Positions 15,942 to 24,405 of a stretch of 32,000 nt of DNA are shown one piece after another. This DNA is from Desulfocapsa sulfexigens DSM 10523 (GTDB lineage: Bacteria > Desulfobacterota > Desulfobulbia > Desulfobulbales > Desulfocapsaceae). The position numbers and the translations under genes are program-made. Below the pieces are notes generated by a model. That model was not told the origin of the DNA and did no database searches. It saw nothing but the letters and a program-made list of their open reading frames with translations. Position 1 is the first letter of the stretch. Each line of letters opens with the position of its first letter. The stretch is from positions 240,001 through 272,000 of the forward strand of contig NC_020304.1 in NCBI RefSeq assembly GCF_000341395.1, given 5' to 3'.

Positions 15942-15976
15942 AAAAAAAGCGAGACTACCTTTTTGGTAGCCTCGCT
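15942..15976 (-). terminator. Rho-independent terminator of amtB-glnK (hairpin shared with the gltD 3' end)
   Basis: Minus strand reads AGCGAGGCTACC-aaaaa-GGTAGTCTCGCT, a 12-bp stem with one mismatch, followed by TTTTTTT. Lies between convergent gltD and glnK. Confidence 0.7.
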
Positions 15977-16001
15977 TAGTAATGGACAGTATGACTCTGA
16001 A

Positions 16002-16352
<351 letters not shown>

Positions 16353-16372
16353 TCATTAAACTATTTGGCTAA

Positions 16373-17728
16373 TTAATCTCTGGTGAATTCCGGATAGGCA
16401 TCAAGACCGCACTCGGCAATATCAACACCTTCCATCTCTTCTTCTTCGCTGACCCGAACACCCATGACTGCCTTAAGAACCAGCCACACAATAAGAGAAG
16501 TACCAAAGGTCCAGCCAAAGATGGTTCCAATACCGATAAGCTGTTTAATCAGCGAACCATCGGGATTGGTAAAGGCGACAGCGATAAGTCCCCAGGTACC
16601 AACTACGCCATGCACAGAGATTGCACCTACAGGATCATCGATCTTAGCCTTGTCTATAAAGATAATAGCAGGCACAACCAGCAGGCCACCGATAACACCG
16701 ATCATGGTGGCAATGCCTGGAGTAGGTGTTAATGGCTCAGCAGTTATGGCAACCAGTCCTGCCAGCGCACCGTTGAGAGCCATGGTAAGATCAGCCTTGC
16801 CAAACCAGAGACGGGAGAGCAGCAGTGCTGCAACAAGACCTCCCGCAGCAGCGGTATTGGTATTGACAAAAACCATGGACACGGCATTCGCCTCAGCGAT
16901 GTTACTGATCTTCAATTCGGATCCGCCATTAAACCCAAACCAGCCAAGCCAGAGGATAAAGGTTCCAAGGGTTGCAAGGGGAAGGTTACAGCCGGGAATA
17001 GCATTGATTTTGCCTCCTGAATATTTTCCCTTACGAGCACCAAGTACCAGTACACCAGCCAGGGCAGCAGATGCGCCACAGAGATGAACCAGACCGGAAC
17101 CTGCGAAATCAAGAAAACCGAGGGCGTCAAGAAAACCTCCGCCCCATTTCCAGTAACCGCTGACAGGATAGATAAATCCGGTCATGACAACTGCAAAGGC
17201 AAGGAATGTCCAGAGTTTCATCCGCTCTGCAACGGCACCGGAAACAATGGACATGGCCGTTGCCACAAAGACAACCTGAAAAAAGAAGTCTGACATATTG
17301 GAATAGTATGTTTCTCCACCGCTCTTCAGGACTTCATCGACTCCGTTATCGGGGCCAAGAAAAAAGCTGAGTCCGGGAATAAAACTGTTAACAGCATCAC
17401 CGTACATGATGTTGTACCCGACGATAAGATACATCAAGCAGGCGATGGCATAGAGAGCCACATTTTTGGTGAGGATTTCCACCGTGTTTTTCCCTCTGAC
17501 CAGGCCAGCTTCCAGCATGGCAAAGCCAGCGGCCATCCACATGACCAACGCGCCGGACATGAGAAAGTAAAAGGTGTCCACTGAATAGGCCAGCTGGATC
17601 AGATTGTCAGCGACACTTGATGCGGCAGCCGCCTCTTCGGCAATTGCTGGCCCTGCCAGGGCAAGCCCGGAGAGAAACACCACTCCTCCCCAGAACGTCT
17701 TTCCATTCATTGTTACACTGTTCTTCAC
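16373..17728 (-). CDS. amtB: Ammonium transporter
   Basis: 451 aa, signal peptide plus ~11 TM helices. Amt/Mep signature blocks (FDFAGSGLVHLCGASAALAG, AISVHGVVGTWG). Confidence 0.95.
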   Translation of the reverse strand: MKNSVTMNGKTFWGGVVFLSGLALAGPAIAEEAAAASSVADNLIQLAYSVDTFYFLMSGALVMWMAAGFAMLEAGLVRGKNTVEILTKNVALYAIACLMYLIVGYNIMYGDAVNSFIPGLSFFLGPDNGVDEVLKSGGETYYSNMSDFFFQVVFVATAMSIVSGAVAERMKLWTFLAFAVVMTGFIYPVSGYWKWGGGFLDALGFLDFAGSGLVHLCGASAALAGVLVLGARKGKYSGGKINAIPGCNLPLATLGTFILWLGWFGFNGGSELKISNIAEANAVSMVFVNTNTAAAGGLVAALLLSRLWFGKADLTMALNGALAGLVAITAEPLTPTPGIATMIGVIGGLLVVPAIIFIDKAKIDDPVGAISVHGVVGTWGLIAVAFTNPDGSLIKQLIGIGTIFGWTFGTSLIVWLVLKAVMGVRVSEEEEMEGVDIAECGLDAYPEFTRD

Positions 17729-17794
17729 TGTAGTTCCTCCTGTTTCATACGGGTTGTGCCAGATTGCACCGGTTTTTGCTTATACCTGGGGTAG

Positions 17795-17810
17795 AGCAAT
17801 GTCTGTGCCA
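17795..17810 (-). promoter_or_regulatory. Sigma-54 (-24/-12) promoter of amtB-glnK
   Basis: Minus strand reads TGGCAC-agaca-TTGCT, a perfect match to TGGCAC-N5-TTGCW. It lies ~65 nt upstream of the amtB ATG, and amtB/glnK are classic NtrC/sigma-54 targets. Confidence 0.7.
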
Positions 17811-18069
17811 CAACATGAAAAACTACTTTAATGCTGTAAAATCTATCTACTACATGATAGCTTGCAGTTTTTTCTGCCACCAAGGATCTGCAAACAATTA
17901 CATTTATGTGCCAAATAGAAACCTTTTATTTACATTTTTGTAGTCTTTCCTACTTTAACAGGATCAAACATTCTCTTTTTAAAGCCAATCGGAAAACATT
18001 TACAAAACCAGCCAGGAATTCTATAACACTAGCAGAAAACCACTAAACACTCTCTACCAGCGCGAGCCG

Positions 18070-19380
18070 ATGAACATCATAAATAAAAAATCCATTTTCA
18101 CCTCCATGCTCCAAAATGGCCCTTTTGCGGTTGGCGAGACACCTCCCTTTGCCCACCCTTTCTCACGTGAGGCTAAAGAGTGGACCAGAACCATACAGAG
18201 CGACCCATTGATGAAAACAAAGTACCGGGCCGTGAGAAATCAAATTTTTGACCTCCTTAGCATTTCTACTTTCGATGAGATCCTGCCACTGCTTCATGAT
18301 AGAAAATCAAGGGAATTGACAACCAAAACAGCTCACCAACTCCTAGGTAACATGTTTGGCATCCAGGGTGACGCGCAGGTCATTGATCGCTACCTCCACG
18401 ACTATGCAAGAACAGCTGACGATGTAATCAACTCTCTTCGAGCAAAAGTGCTGGCCCCATATAGCTCCCACACCGAAACAACAAACGAAATTGAGACCAT
18501 ATCCGACCCGGTGAGCTTACTGCTCGTCCTGTTTGACGAACACTTCCACCGCAAAGCCCGTTTTGAAGCCAAGCGAAAACTGGTGCTGATGAATCTGGCA
18601 GGATCAATTGACCAAAGAGAGCGGGAAACCCAGATCGAGAAGAAGTTCTCGGAATTCCTAGGTTTTCTCAATGACTTTGTCTGGAGTCCCAGTTCGAAAA
18701 TCGGCGACCTGGAAATCTGCTACCTGCATAGCAGGCACAGCGCTGAAGACTTTCGGTGCACGAGTGTAAATGTTCTGAGTGAAGCAGCGGCCATAAAAAC
18801 AACCCCCGTTGTCGGGGAAAAGCTAACCTTAATCAAACGGCGCAGATTTCATGACAAGGGAAAAGATATTCCCATCTATGTTACAATTAGAAAAAAGCCA
18901 CCGGCGGCCAAGGTACTCAAGCTGCTGAGGAAAAATGAGAAAAACCCGGCAACAGCAGTGGATGACGAGCTCGGCCTGATGGCAGTACTCAATTCAGTGA
19001 GTGACGTAAAGCGCTTTCTCCGCCACTTAACAAAAAGCGCGGTCAGGGCAGATTCCTTTATGACCCTGGAGGACATTTCAGACACGCTGACCAACGGAGA
19101 ATACGATGGATCAGCAACCGGGAGTTCTGCAAAAACGTCCATGCTCAAATTCTTTGCCCGGCTGGGTGGCATGCGGGTGGAATTCATTATCCACACCAAC
19201 AGCTCATATCTTAATTACATGTGTCAGCGCGACGTGGCCCACGACGAATATGAAGTCAAACGAATATTTGACACTGGGGTTGCCGACTTTCTCTTTCCTT
19301 CCGACATTTACCATCTTGAGATGGAAAAGATTCGCAGCACTCAGCTGAAAAGGTTCAGACGGATCATCGAAGAAAGCTGA
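18070..19380 (+). CDS. Hypothetical protein with C-terminal RelA/SpoT-like nucleotidyltransferase-type region
   Basis: 436-aa ORF with no competing ORF. Residues ~268-400 show the order of RelA/SpoT synthetase-fold motifs: VTIRKKPPAAKVLKLLRK, VDDELGLMAVLNSVSDVKRFL, MRVEFIIHT, VAHDEYEVKR. The N-terminal 260 aa are unrecognised. Confidence 0.75.
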   Translation: MNIINKKSIFTSMLQNGPFAVGETPPFAHPFSREAKEWTRTIQSDPLMKTKYRAVRNQIFDLLSISTFDEILPLLHDRKSRELTTKTAHQLLGNMFGIQGDAQVIDRYLHDYARTADDVINSLRAKVLAPYSSHTETTNEIETISDPVSLLLVLFDEHFHRKARFEAKRKLVLMNLAGSIDQRERETQIEKKFSEFLGFLNDFVWSPSSKIGDLEICYLHSRHSAEDFRCTSVNVLSEAAAIKTTPVVGEKLTLIKRRRFHDKGKDIPIYVTIRKKPPAAKVLKLLRKNEKNPATAVDDELGLMAVLNSVSDVKRFLRHLTKSAVRADSFMTLEDISDTLTNGEYDGSATGSSAKTSMLKFFARLGGMRVEFIIHTNSSYLNYMCQRDVAHDEYEVKRIFDTGVADFLFPSDIYHLEMEKIRSTQLKRFRRIIEES

Positions 19381-19773
19381 TCATAACAACTAGCAACGCA
19401 GCACTGAATACCGCACCACTCTCCGAAGAGCACTCCTGAGATCTGCGGACAACCTGGTGTTTTCTTACCTTCATATTACAACTGACCGTACCGCCCCTTC
19501 CCTGTACCAATACATAGCCCCCTTCTTCGTCGGCGTTTGTCTGCACAAAGGCACCACCCTCAATCGCTGTGCGGAATAGCTTTCAGCTCGAAATGACACC
19601 CTTCACCCTTGTTTTTATACAGTTCAAATACCCCATTTTTCACCCGGTCGGGTTATTTATTTCTTTCTGACTGTATGTTTATTTCTATACCGTAAAGATT
19701 TGCAGATGTTCCCACGCCCCCACAATCACCAGGTAGTAGAAAGAAAACAATGGAAACAGGAGCGATCCCAACC

Positions 19774-20277
19774 ATGAAAGACTTCCACAGCAGGCACTTA
19801 CTTTCCCTATTTATGTTTGTTTGTCTATTGGCTCCTTTCGTTGCCTCGGCACTGGAGATGCCCAGACCAGCAACGACCAGCAGACCAAACTCTTCCAGTG
19901 CGGGCAGACCCACTGTCGATCACGGCCAGGTGCAACGAACACCTCCAAAAGCCACTATACAATCTGGCTACTGCTATGTGAATGACACCACCGAAAAAAG
20001 TAGTGAAACGCTCTGCAAACGAAAGCGTGGACAATTTTTCGCTGACAAAAGAGAAGCGCAGCGGGTGTATGATACCGCCTCCGGTTACTGCTGTCAGGAT
20101 GGTAACATAAGCAAAAACAGCAGAGCCACCTGTGTACGGGTAAAGGGGACATTCTTTATCAAACAGAGTGATGCCAAAAGGACATGCGATGCAACGAAGG
20201 ACGTCTGCTATGACGAAGGCAAAATACTTGCTGATTCCAAGGGTAGCTGTGACCGGAAAAAGGGTGCTTTTTTTTAA
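19774..20277 (+). CDS. Secreted Cys-rich repeat protein, upstream (N-terminal) reading frame
   Basis: Signal peptide MKDFHSRHLLSLFMFVCLLAPFVASA (Met at 19774; the ORF track starts at 19750). Followed by a Pro/Ser/Thr linker and 2.6 copies of a ~39-aa Cys repeat. The frame ends at TAA inside a T8A7 run. Confidence 0.7.
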   Translation: MKDFHSRHLLSLFMFVCLLAPFVASALEMPRPATTSRPNSSSAGRPTVDHGQVQRTPPKATIQSGYCYVNDTTEKSSETLCKRKRGQFFADKREAQRVYDTASGYCCQDGNISKNSRATCVRVKGTFFIKQSDAKRTCDATKDVCYDEGKILADSKGSCDRKKGAFF

Positions 20278-20549
20278 AAAAAGCTGATGCGGCACAGTTC
20301 GCTGCCCAGCAGAAAGGTTTCTGTTGTCTCGACGGAAAAGTGAGCCCCATGATCCAGAAAATGTGTCAGCAGAAGAAGGGACAATTTTTTATCTTACAAA
20401 ACCAGGCCACCCTGGCCTGTAAAAATGAACGTGGCTTCTGCTGTATTGAGGGCAGGACAAGTAATCTATCCCGTAGTATCTGTGAGCAGAGACATGGTGC
20501 ATTTTCAACCAACCGAAGCCAACTGAGCAAAGAGTGCGCCCCTAAAAAA
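19963..20549 (+). repeat. Five tandem ~39-aa (113-120 nt) coding repeats
   Basis: Units start at 19963, 20080, 20200, 20313 and 20430. Consensus x-G-[YF]-C-[CY]-x-[DE]-G-x9-C-x3-[KRH]-G-x-F-[FS]-x9/10-(C)-x3. Unit 3 spans the frame break. Confidence 0.8.
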
Positions 20550-22094
20550 ACGCGACTAACTAATAGTTCTGTGCAATCCCCAAGGCCTGCCACTGCAACC
20601 ACCCCTGCTTCTGTAGTCAAAGAAAAGACAGTCAAACAACCCATAGCTCAAAACGCGATGAAGGGATTTGATGAGCCAGTTTTCAAACCAGATAACAGCC
20701 GTGAAAGGTATGATGATCCATTGTTTAAACCAGACAACAGCCGTAAAGGATATGATGATCCAGTACTTAAACCAACAAATAACAAAGAGGCACAGAAGAA
20801 AAAAAGAGGCGGCCCAGCAGTAGCGGGTGTGTTGATTGCAGATTCACCTGTGACACCACAAATCACTCCCAATGTCAGCCCGCCTCCAACAAATGACTCC
20901 GAACCTTCATTACCGGACAGTTCACTGAGCGGAATAAAAAACCCTCTCAAAGTTGTCTTCATTAAAGATCGAATGGTTCGCATAGGGGATGAAACAAACA
21001 GTAACGGTTTAGGAGGAGACCTTCGTCTAAAAAATGTTCAAGCCTCCTTTCTATGCGACGCTGGAGCTGCACCGGTATCTGCAGCAATGACAGTGGCAAA
21101 CGGTTCAAGCTACACCGGCCTTGCTTCCCAGATAGTGGGCACTCAGGTCAGCTTCCCCAGCCTCACCCTGCAGGAACAAAGCAAATTTATCAGTTCCCAT
21201 TGTCGCCAGGGAGAAAAAACAGTTCAACAATCTACAGTTATTACTGTTGAAATGAGCAAAACCTGCCGGATGGAAAACGGAGCAGAGAGACAGTGGTCCA
21301 ATAATGTTGATCTGCCCATGTCTATCATCTGTGATCTCCTGCCAAATGCAGATCCCGCTGAGTATAGCCCCAACCACCCCACCTACAATCCACAAATGGG
21401 GAACACGGTTGCCACGAGAAATCCTGCCGATTATACGCTTCAGAAGCCTGTGACAGAAGGGCAAACAGTAGGTGCCCCAACACTCAATGCTCCGTCCTCC
21501 CAACCCAGTGTGCTTCAAACTGGTGAAGCAGATGCTTCCCTGCAACTGAAGTATAACAGCGCCTTGGTTGTTGACGATGAACTGCGCATGGGAACACCTT
21601 TTCAGTCTGTCTACGATGCTCAGCCGGTGAGCGAATTGAAGTCAAATATTGAGCTCGAAGTGGGTTGCGGAGCCGGGCTATTTGAGTATGCCAATCTTTT
21701 TATCAAAAGAAACGGTTTATACGCCCCCCTCCATGAACTGAACAGTGGTGGCCATCATAATCTTACAAATAGTTTTCTGATGACAAAAGCTGATTTTGTT
21801 CAAGATCACTGTGCTGCCGGCACCATGTACCAGGACCTTGGGCGATCAATAGAATTTCTAATTGAATATGGCTGCACATATCCTTCGGGAACTAAACGAT
21901 TCGAAAAGATAATTCACAGCCCTGTGAGAATGGTTACCTGCGATCGACGTCCGAGCACTTTTGCAAATGCCAACCATACCCCCTATATGCATAGGTGTCC
22001 TGCCGGATACCATATTGAAGGAAAAGCCGACAATATTCGCGTTGACTCAAGTTCAAGCGCTTTTCCACCAAAACGATGCATAGAGAACCTGTAA
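20340..22094 (+). CDS. Cys-rich repeat protein, downstream frame (probably the continuation of 19774..20277)
   Basis: This frame is open from 20253 and overlaps the end of the upstream ORF. It continues the same repeat array (KGFCCLDGKVS...KKGQFF; RGFCCIEGRTS...RHGAF). It has no signal peptide or SD of its own. The GTG at 20340 is only the ORF-track start. Confidence 0.7.
   Translation: MSPMIQKMCQQKKGQFFILQNQATLACKNERGFCCIEGRTSNLSRSICEQRHGAFSTNRSQLSKECAPKKTRLTNSSVQSPRPATATTPASVVKEKTVKQPIAQNAMKGFDEPVFKPDNSRERYDDPLFKPDNSRKGYDDPVLKPTNNKEAQKKKRGGPAVAGVLIADSPVTPQITPNVSPPPTNDSEPSLPDSSLSGIKNPLKVVFIKDRMVRIGDETNSNGLGGDLRLKNVQASFLCDAGAAPVSAAMTVANGSSYTGLASQIVGTQVSFPSLTLQEQSKFISSHCRQGEKTVQQSTVITVEMSKTCRMENGAERQWSNNVDLPMSIICDLLPNADPAEYSPNHPTYNPQMGNTVATRNPADYTLQKPVTEGQTVGAPTLNAPSSQPSVLQTGEADASLQLKYNSALVVDDELRMGTPFQSVYDAQPVSELKSNIELEVGCGAGLFEYANLFIKRNGLYAPLHELNSGGHHNLTNSFLMTKADFVQDHCAAGTMYQDLGRSIEFLIEYGCTYPSGTKRFEKIIHSPVRMVTCDRRPSTFANANHTPYMHRCPAGYHIEGKADNIRVDSSSSAFPPKRCIENL
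20667..20789 (+). repeat. Three tandem 14-aa coding repeats
   Basis: FDEPVFKPDNSRER / YDDPLFKPDNSRKG / YDDPVLKPTNNKEA. Confidence 0.8.
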
Positions 22095-22156
22095 TGTGGA
22101 AAATGCAGCCCACTATTATTTACTTTTGTTAAAAATTGAAATTCAAGGATGATAAG

Positions 22157-22942
22157 ATGAAGATAGTACAAAACGCTGATATTTTTCTTATGGGTTTAGG
22201 GATTGTTCTTTGGGGCAGCACTGTTGTATCTGTTCACGCAGAAGGTATGAATGCTAAAATTACAGAGCCTAGCAACAATTCAATAAGTCTAAAAGATGGA
22301 AGAATAAATGGTCATAGCAGTGGCATTAAACCATTTCCAGCAGAAGGAAATATTAGTGCAGATTTAGTTATCCGCTCTCACTGCAAAGAAGACTTTGAAG
22401 TTATTAAGACCCATATACATTCAGCACTTGACAGTTATATCAACATTACCAGGGATACATTAGATCCTTGGAACAGAGCCAATCGGACAGAATTTTCACG
22501 TCCAAGTAATTTTAAACTGGAGACAATCGCTGCCCTTGGGAGAAGATGCAACGAGGAGTTTGGGGAAAAAGAAGGCTCATTTATTACAAATATTCCCATC
22601 TCTGTAGAGGTGACCTGCTCTGAAAGCTGGGACACTATGAATGATGGCAACGGTCTGGATGACGTAAGAAAACAAACGTATAATCTTAAATTACCCCTTA
22701 GTGTGCAATGCCTTTCAAATGCTCAAGAGATAAATGCTACAGTTGACGAACAATATTGGATTTACGAGTGTCCGGAAACGGATAAGCGCGATCCTGAATA
22801 CTGGCAGAAATACCGCCTGGTAGTTGAAGGCACCGGGGCTCGTTATGTCAAAACCAGTAAAAATCTAGGCACCCCGAGGTGTATTCGTGCCCATAAAAGC
22901 AATATGTCCAACAGTGATGATATACTTTTCCAGATTGAATAA
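22157..22942 (+). CDS. Secreted Cys-containing protein, paralogous to the C-terminal module of the preceding gene
   Basis: ATG 22157 has AAGGA 7 nt upstream (the ORF track used the TTG at 22136). Signal peptide MKIVQNADIFLMGLGIVLWGSTVVSVHA. Cys pattern C-x54-C-x22-C-x30-C-x19-CP-x35-C-I parallels the upstream protein. Confidence 0.75.
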   Translation: MKIVQNADIFLMGLGIVLWGSTVVSVHAEGMNAKITEPSNNSISLKDGRINGHSSGIKPFPAEGNISADLVIRSHCKEDFEVIKTHIHSALDSYINITRDTLDPWNRANRTEFSRPSNFKLETIAALGRRCNEEFGEKEGSFITNIPISVEVTCSESWDTMNDGNGLDDVRKQTYNLKLPLSVQCLSNAQEINATVDEQYWIYECPETDKRDPEYWQKYRLVVEGTGARYVKTSKNLGTPRCIRAHKSNMSNSDDILFQIE

Positions 22943-23001
22943 TAACAGAGGTGAACAGGGACAATTTGACAAATATTCTGCACTAAAGACAAAGACACCA
23001 C

Positions 23002-23040
23002 AAAAAAAGGGTGAGAGAGCCAATCGTGCTCACCTCACCC
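23002..23040 (-). terminator. Rho-independent terminator of the OMP operon
   Basis: Minus strand: GGGTGAG-(18-nt loop)-CTCACCC followed by TTTTTTT, 40 nt after the stop at 23081. Confidence 0.6.
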
Positions 23041-23080
23041 TGTCTGATCAGGCAATACCGCTTAGAGTAGAGCCGTTTTG

Positions 23081-23626
23081 TTAAAAAACGAAGCCTAAAC
23101 CTACACTGACAACATGATTACCATCACTACTGGTATTATCAATATCATCCACGGTTAACTCATCAAAAAACCACTCATAACGGTACTTCACCACAACATA
23201 AGTACTCTCATTGATAAAAGACTTGAAGCCGACCTGGGGCCCAATAGTACCAGTTGTGTCTTCGTCATTGTAGCTAGCACCAATAAAAGCACCTAAAAAT
23301 GGCTGAAAAACATCATCCTTTGATACACCACGGACATAATAGTTCACAAAGGGGATAGTGGATGCCATCCATCTATCATCAGCATTATCAATAAAATCGT
23401 ATGCTATATTCTGTATAACTCCCACTTCCAGGCTGTCTGTGAAAAAGTACCCATATCCAACATCCACATTCGCAGTTCCCCACTCAACGCCCTGGGCATG
23501 AAAAAGCCCTCCAGAGAGCTGAAGATCACTATCACCTTTTTTCTGAGCGGCATTGGCAGTTGCTGCATAACTTGTCACCAGCATTGAAAGGCAAATTGCT
23601 ATTGCTGTACAGTATTTCTTAATCAT
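23081..23626 (-). CDS. Small outer-membrane beta-barrel protein
   Basis: Signal peptide MIKKYCTAIAICLSMLVTSYAATANA. Alternating hydrophobic/aromatic beta-strand pattern. C-terminal VSVGLGFVF with terminal Phe. SD AGAGGAAAAG. Confidence 0.8.
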   Translation of the reverse strand: MIKKYCTAIAICLSMLVTSYAATANAAQKKGDSDLQLSGGLFHAQGVEWGTANVDVGYGYFFTDSLEVGVIQNIAYDFIDNADDRWMASTIPFVNYYVRGVSKDDVFQPFLGAFIGASYNDEDTTGTIGPQVGFKSFINESTYVVVKYRYEWFFDELTVDDIDNTSSDGNHVVSVGLGFVF

Positions 23627-23876
23627 CTTTTCCTCTTAATTTGAAATTATTCTGCTCTGAGTGAAATCCCCAACTCTTCTTTGCTTCAATCTCTTTTGTA
23701 GAACCATCTTTGTCTTTAATGAAAATCTTAAACTCACCAGCCCACACAGTACGATTGTCTTGTATTAAGTCAAGGCCCCTGGTAATAAAATTTATTAAAA
23801 TACCTTTCGAGCCGTCCCGCTTCAGCAGCAAAACAGAACCAAACATGCAACTACAAGCAATTACAAGCACCATCAT
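23619..23876 (-). CDS. Hypothetical small protein with N-terminal hydrophobic/lipobox-like segment
   Basis: Its ATG overlaps the upstream stop (TGATG), and its 3' end overlaps the OMP start by 8 nt. N-terminus MMVLVIAC resembles a lipobox (VIAC) but lacks a basic n-region. Confidence 0.5.
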   Translation of the reverse strand: MMVLVIACSCMFGSVLLLKRDGSKGILINFITRGLDLIQDNRTVWAGEFKIFIKDKDGSTKEIEAKKSWGFHSEQNNFKLRGKDD

Positions 23877-24301
23877 CAACGTGAAAGAGGGTCACAATTG
23901 GTTATGGTCACTTTTCCCTGAAGCATATTCCCCTTGGAGTACTCACTAAAAACACAGGTATTGGTTTTAGGATCGTAATTCTCAATCCACAAATTATCAT
24001 CCTTCCAGGTCGCCTGCATATGATGCTGCCCTTCCGGAACACGAATAGTCATAACACCGCCATAGCGCTTGACAAAAACTTGCTGGAGACGAAAAAAATA
24101 GGTCGCCCATCCCACCAGCAAAATGAGCAAAGCGATAACGATACCAACTTTCCAATTCTGTGCCTTTACCCCGGCGCCATAAAGTACTGCACCCATAAGA
24201 GCAATTACTGCCAACCAGTACAAATAAGTAATCACAACCAAACCCTCCCCTTGTAACGGTGTAGTTAAGAAGACAGAGCGGATTCTAACTTTTCCATTCA
24301 T
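23876..24301 (-). CDS. Hypothetical membrane protein (2-3 TM + soluble C-terminal domain)
   Basis: Start moved to ATG 24301 (MNGKVRIRS...), which has GAGGA 7 nt upstream; ATG 24334 has no SD. Hydrophobic helices LVVITYLYWLAVIALMGAVLYGA and VGIVIALLILLVGWATYFF. Confidence 0.65.
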   Translation of the reverse strand: MNGKVRIRSVFLTTPLQGEGLVVITYLYWLAVIALMGAVLYGAGVKAQNWKVGIVIALLILLVGWATYFFRLQQVFVKRYGGVMTIRVPEGQHHMQATWKDDNLWIENYDPKTNTCVFSEYSKGNMLQGKVTITNCDPLSR

Positions 24302-24405
24302 GCCCACATCCTCAACAGATCGACCAACATACATTTACTATAGTAATGAAATGAAATTTTGAAATTAAAGACAAACCGTAACAACATGAGGCAGAAACAA
24401 AAGAC

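Noticed and set aside
19560-19643. 27-codon minus-strand frame (V)KNGVFELYKNKGEGCHFELKAIPHSD, resembling the start of a YegP/DUF1508 domain.
   Set aside because: It is too short, starts with GTG and has no SD. The similarity does not continue in any frame downstream. At best it is an eroded gene fragment.
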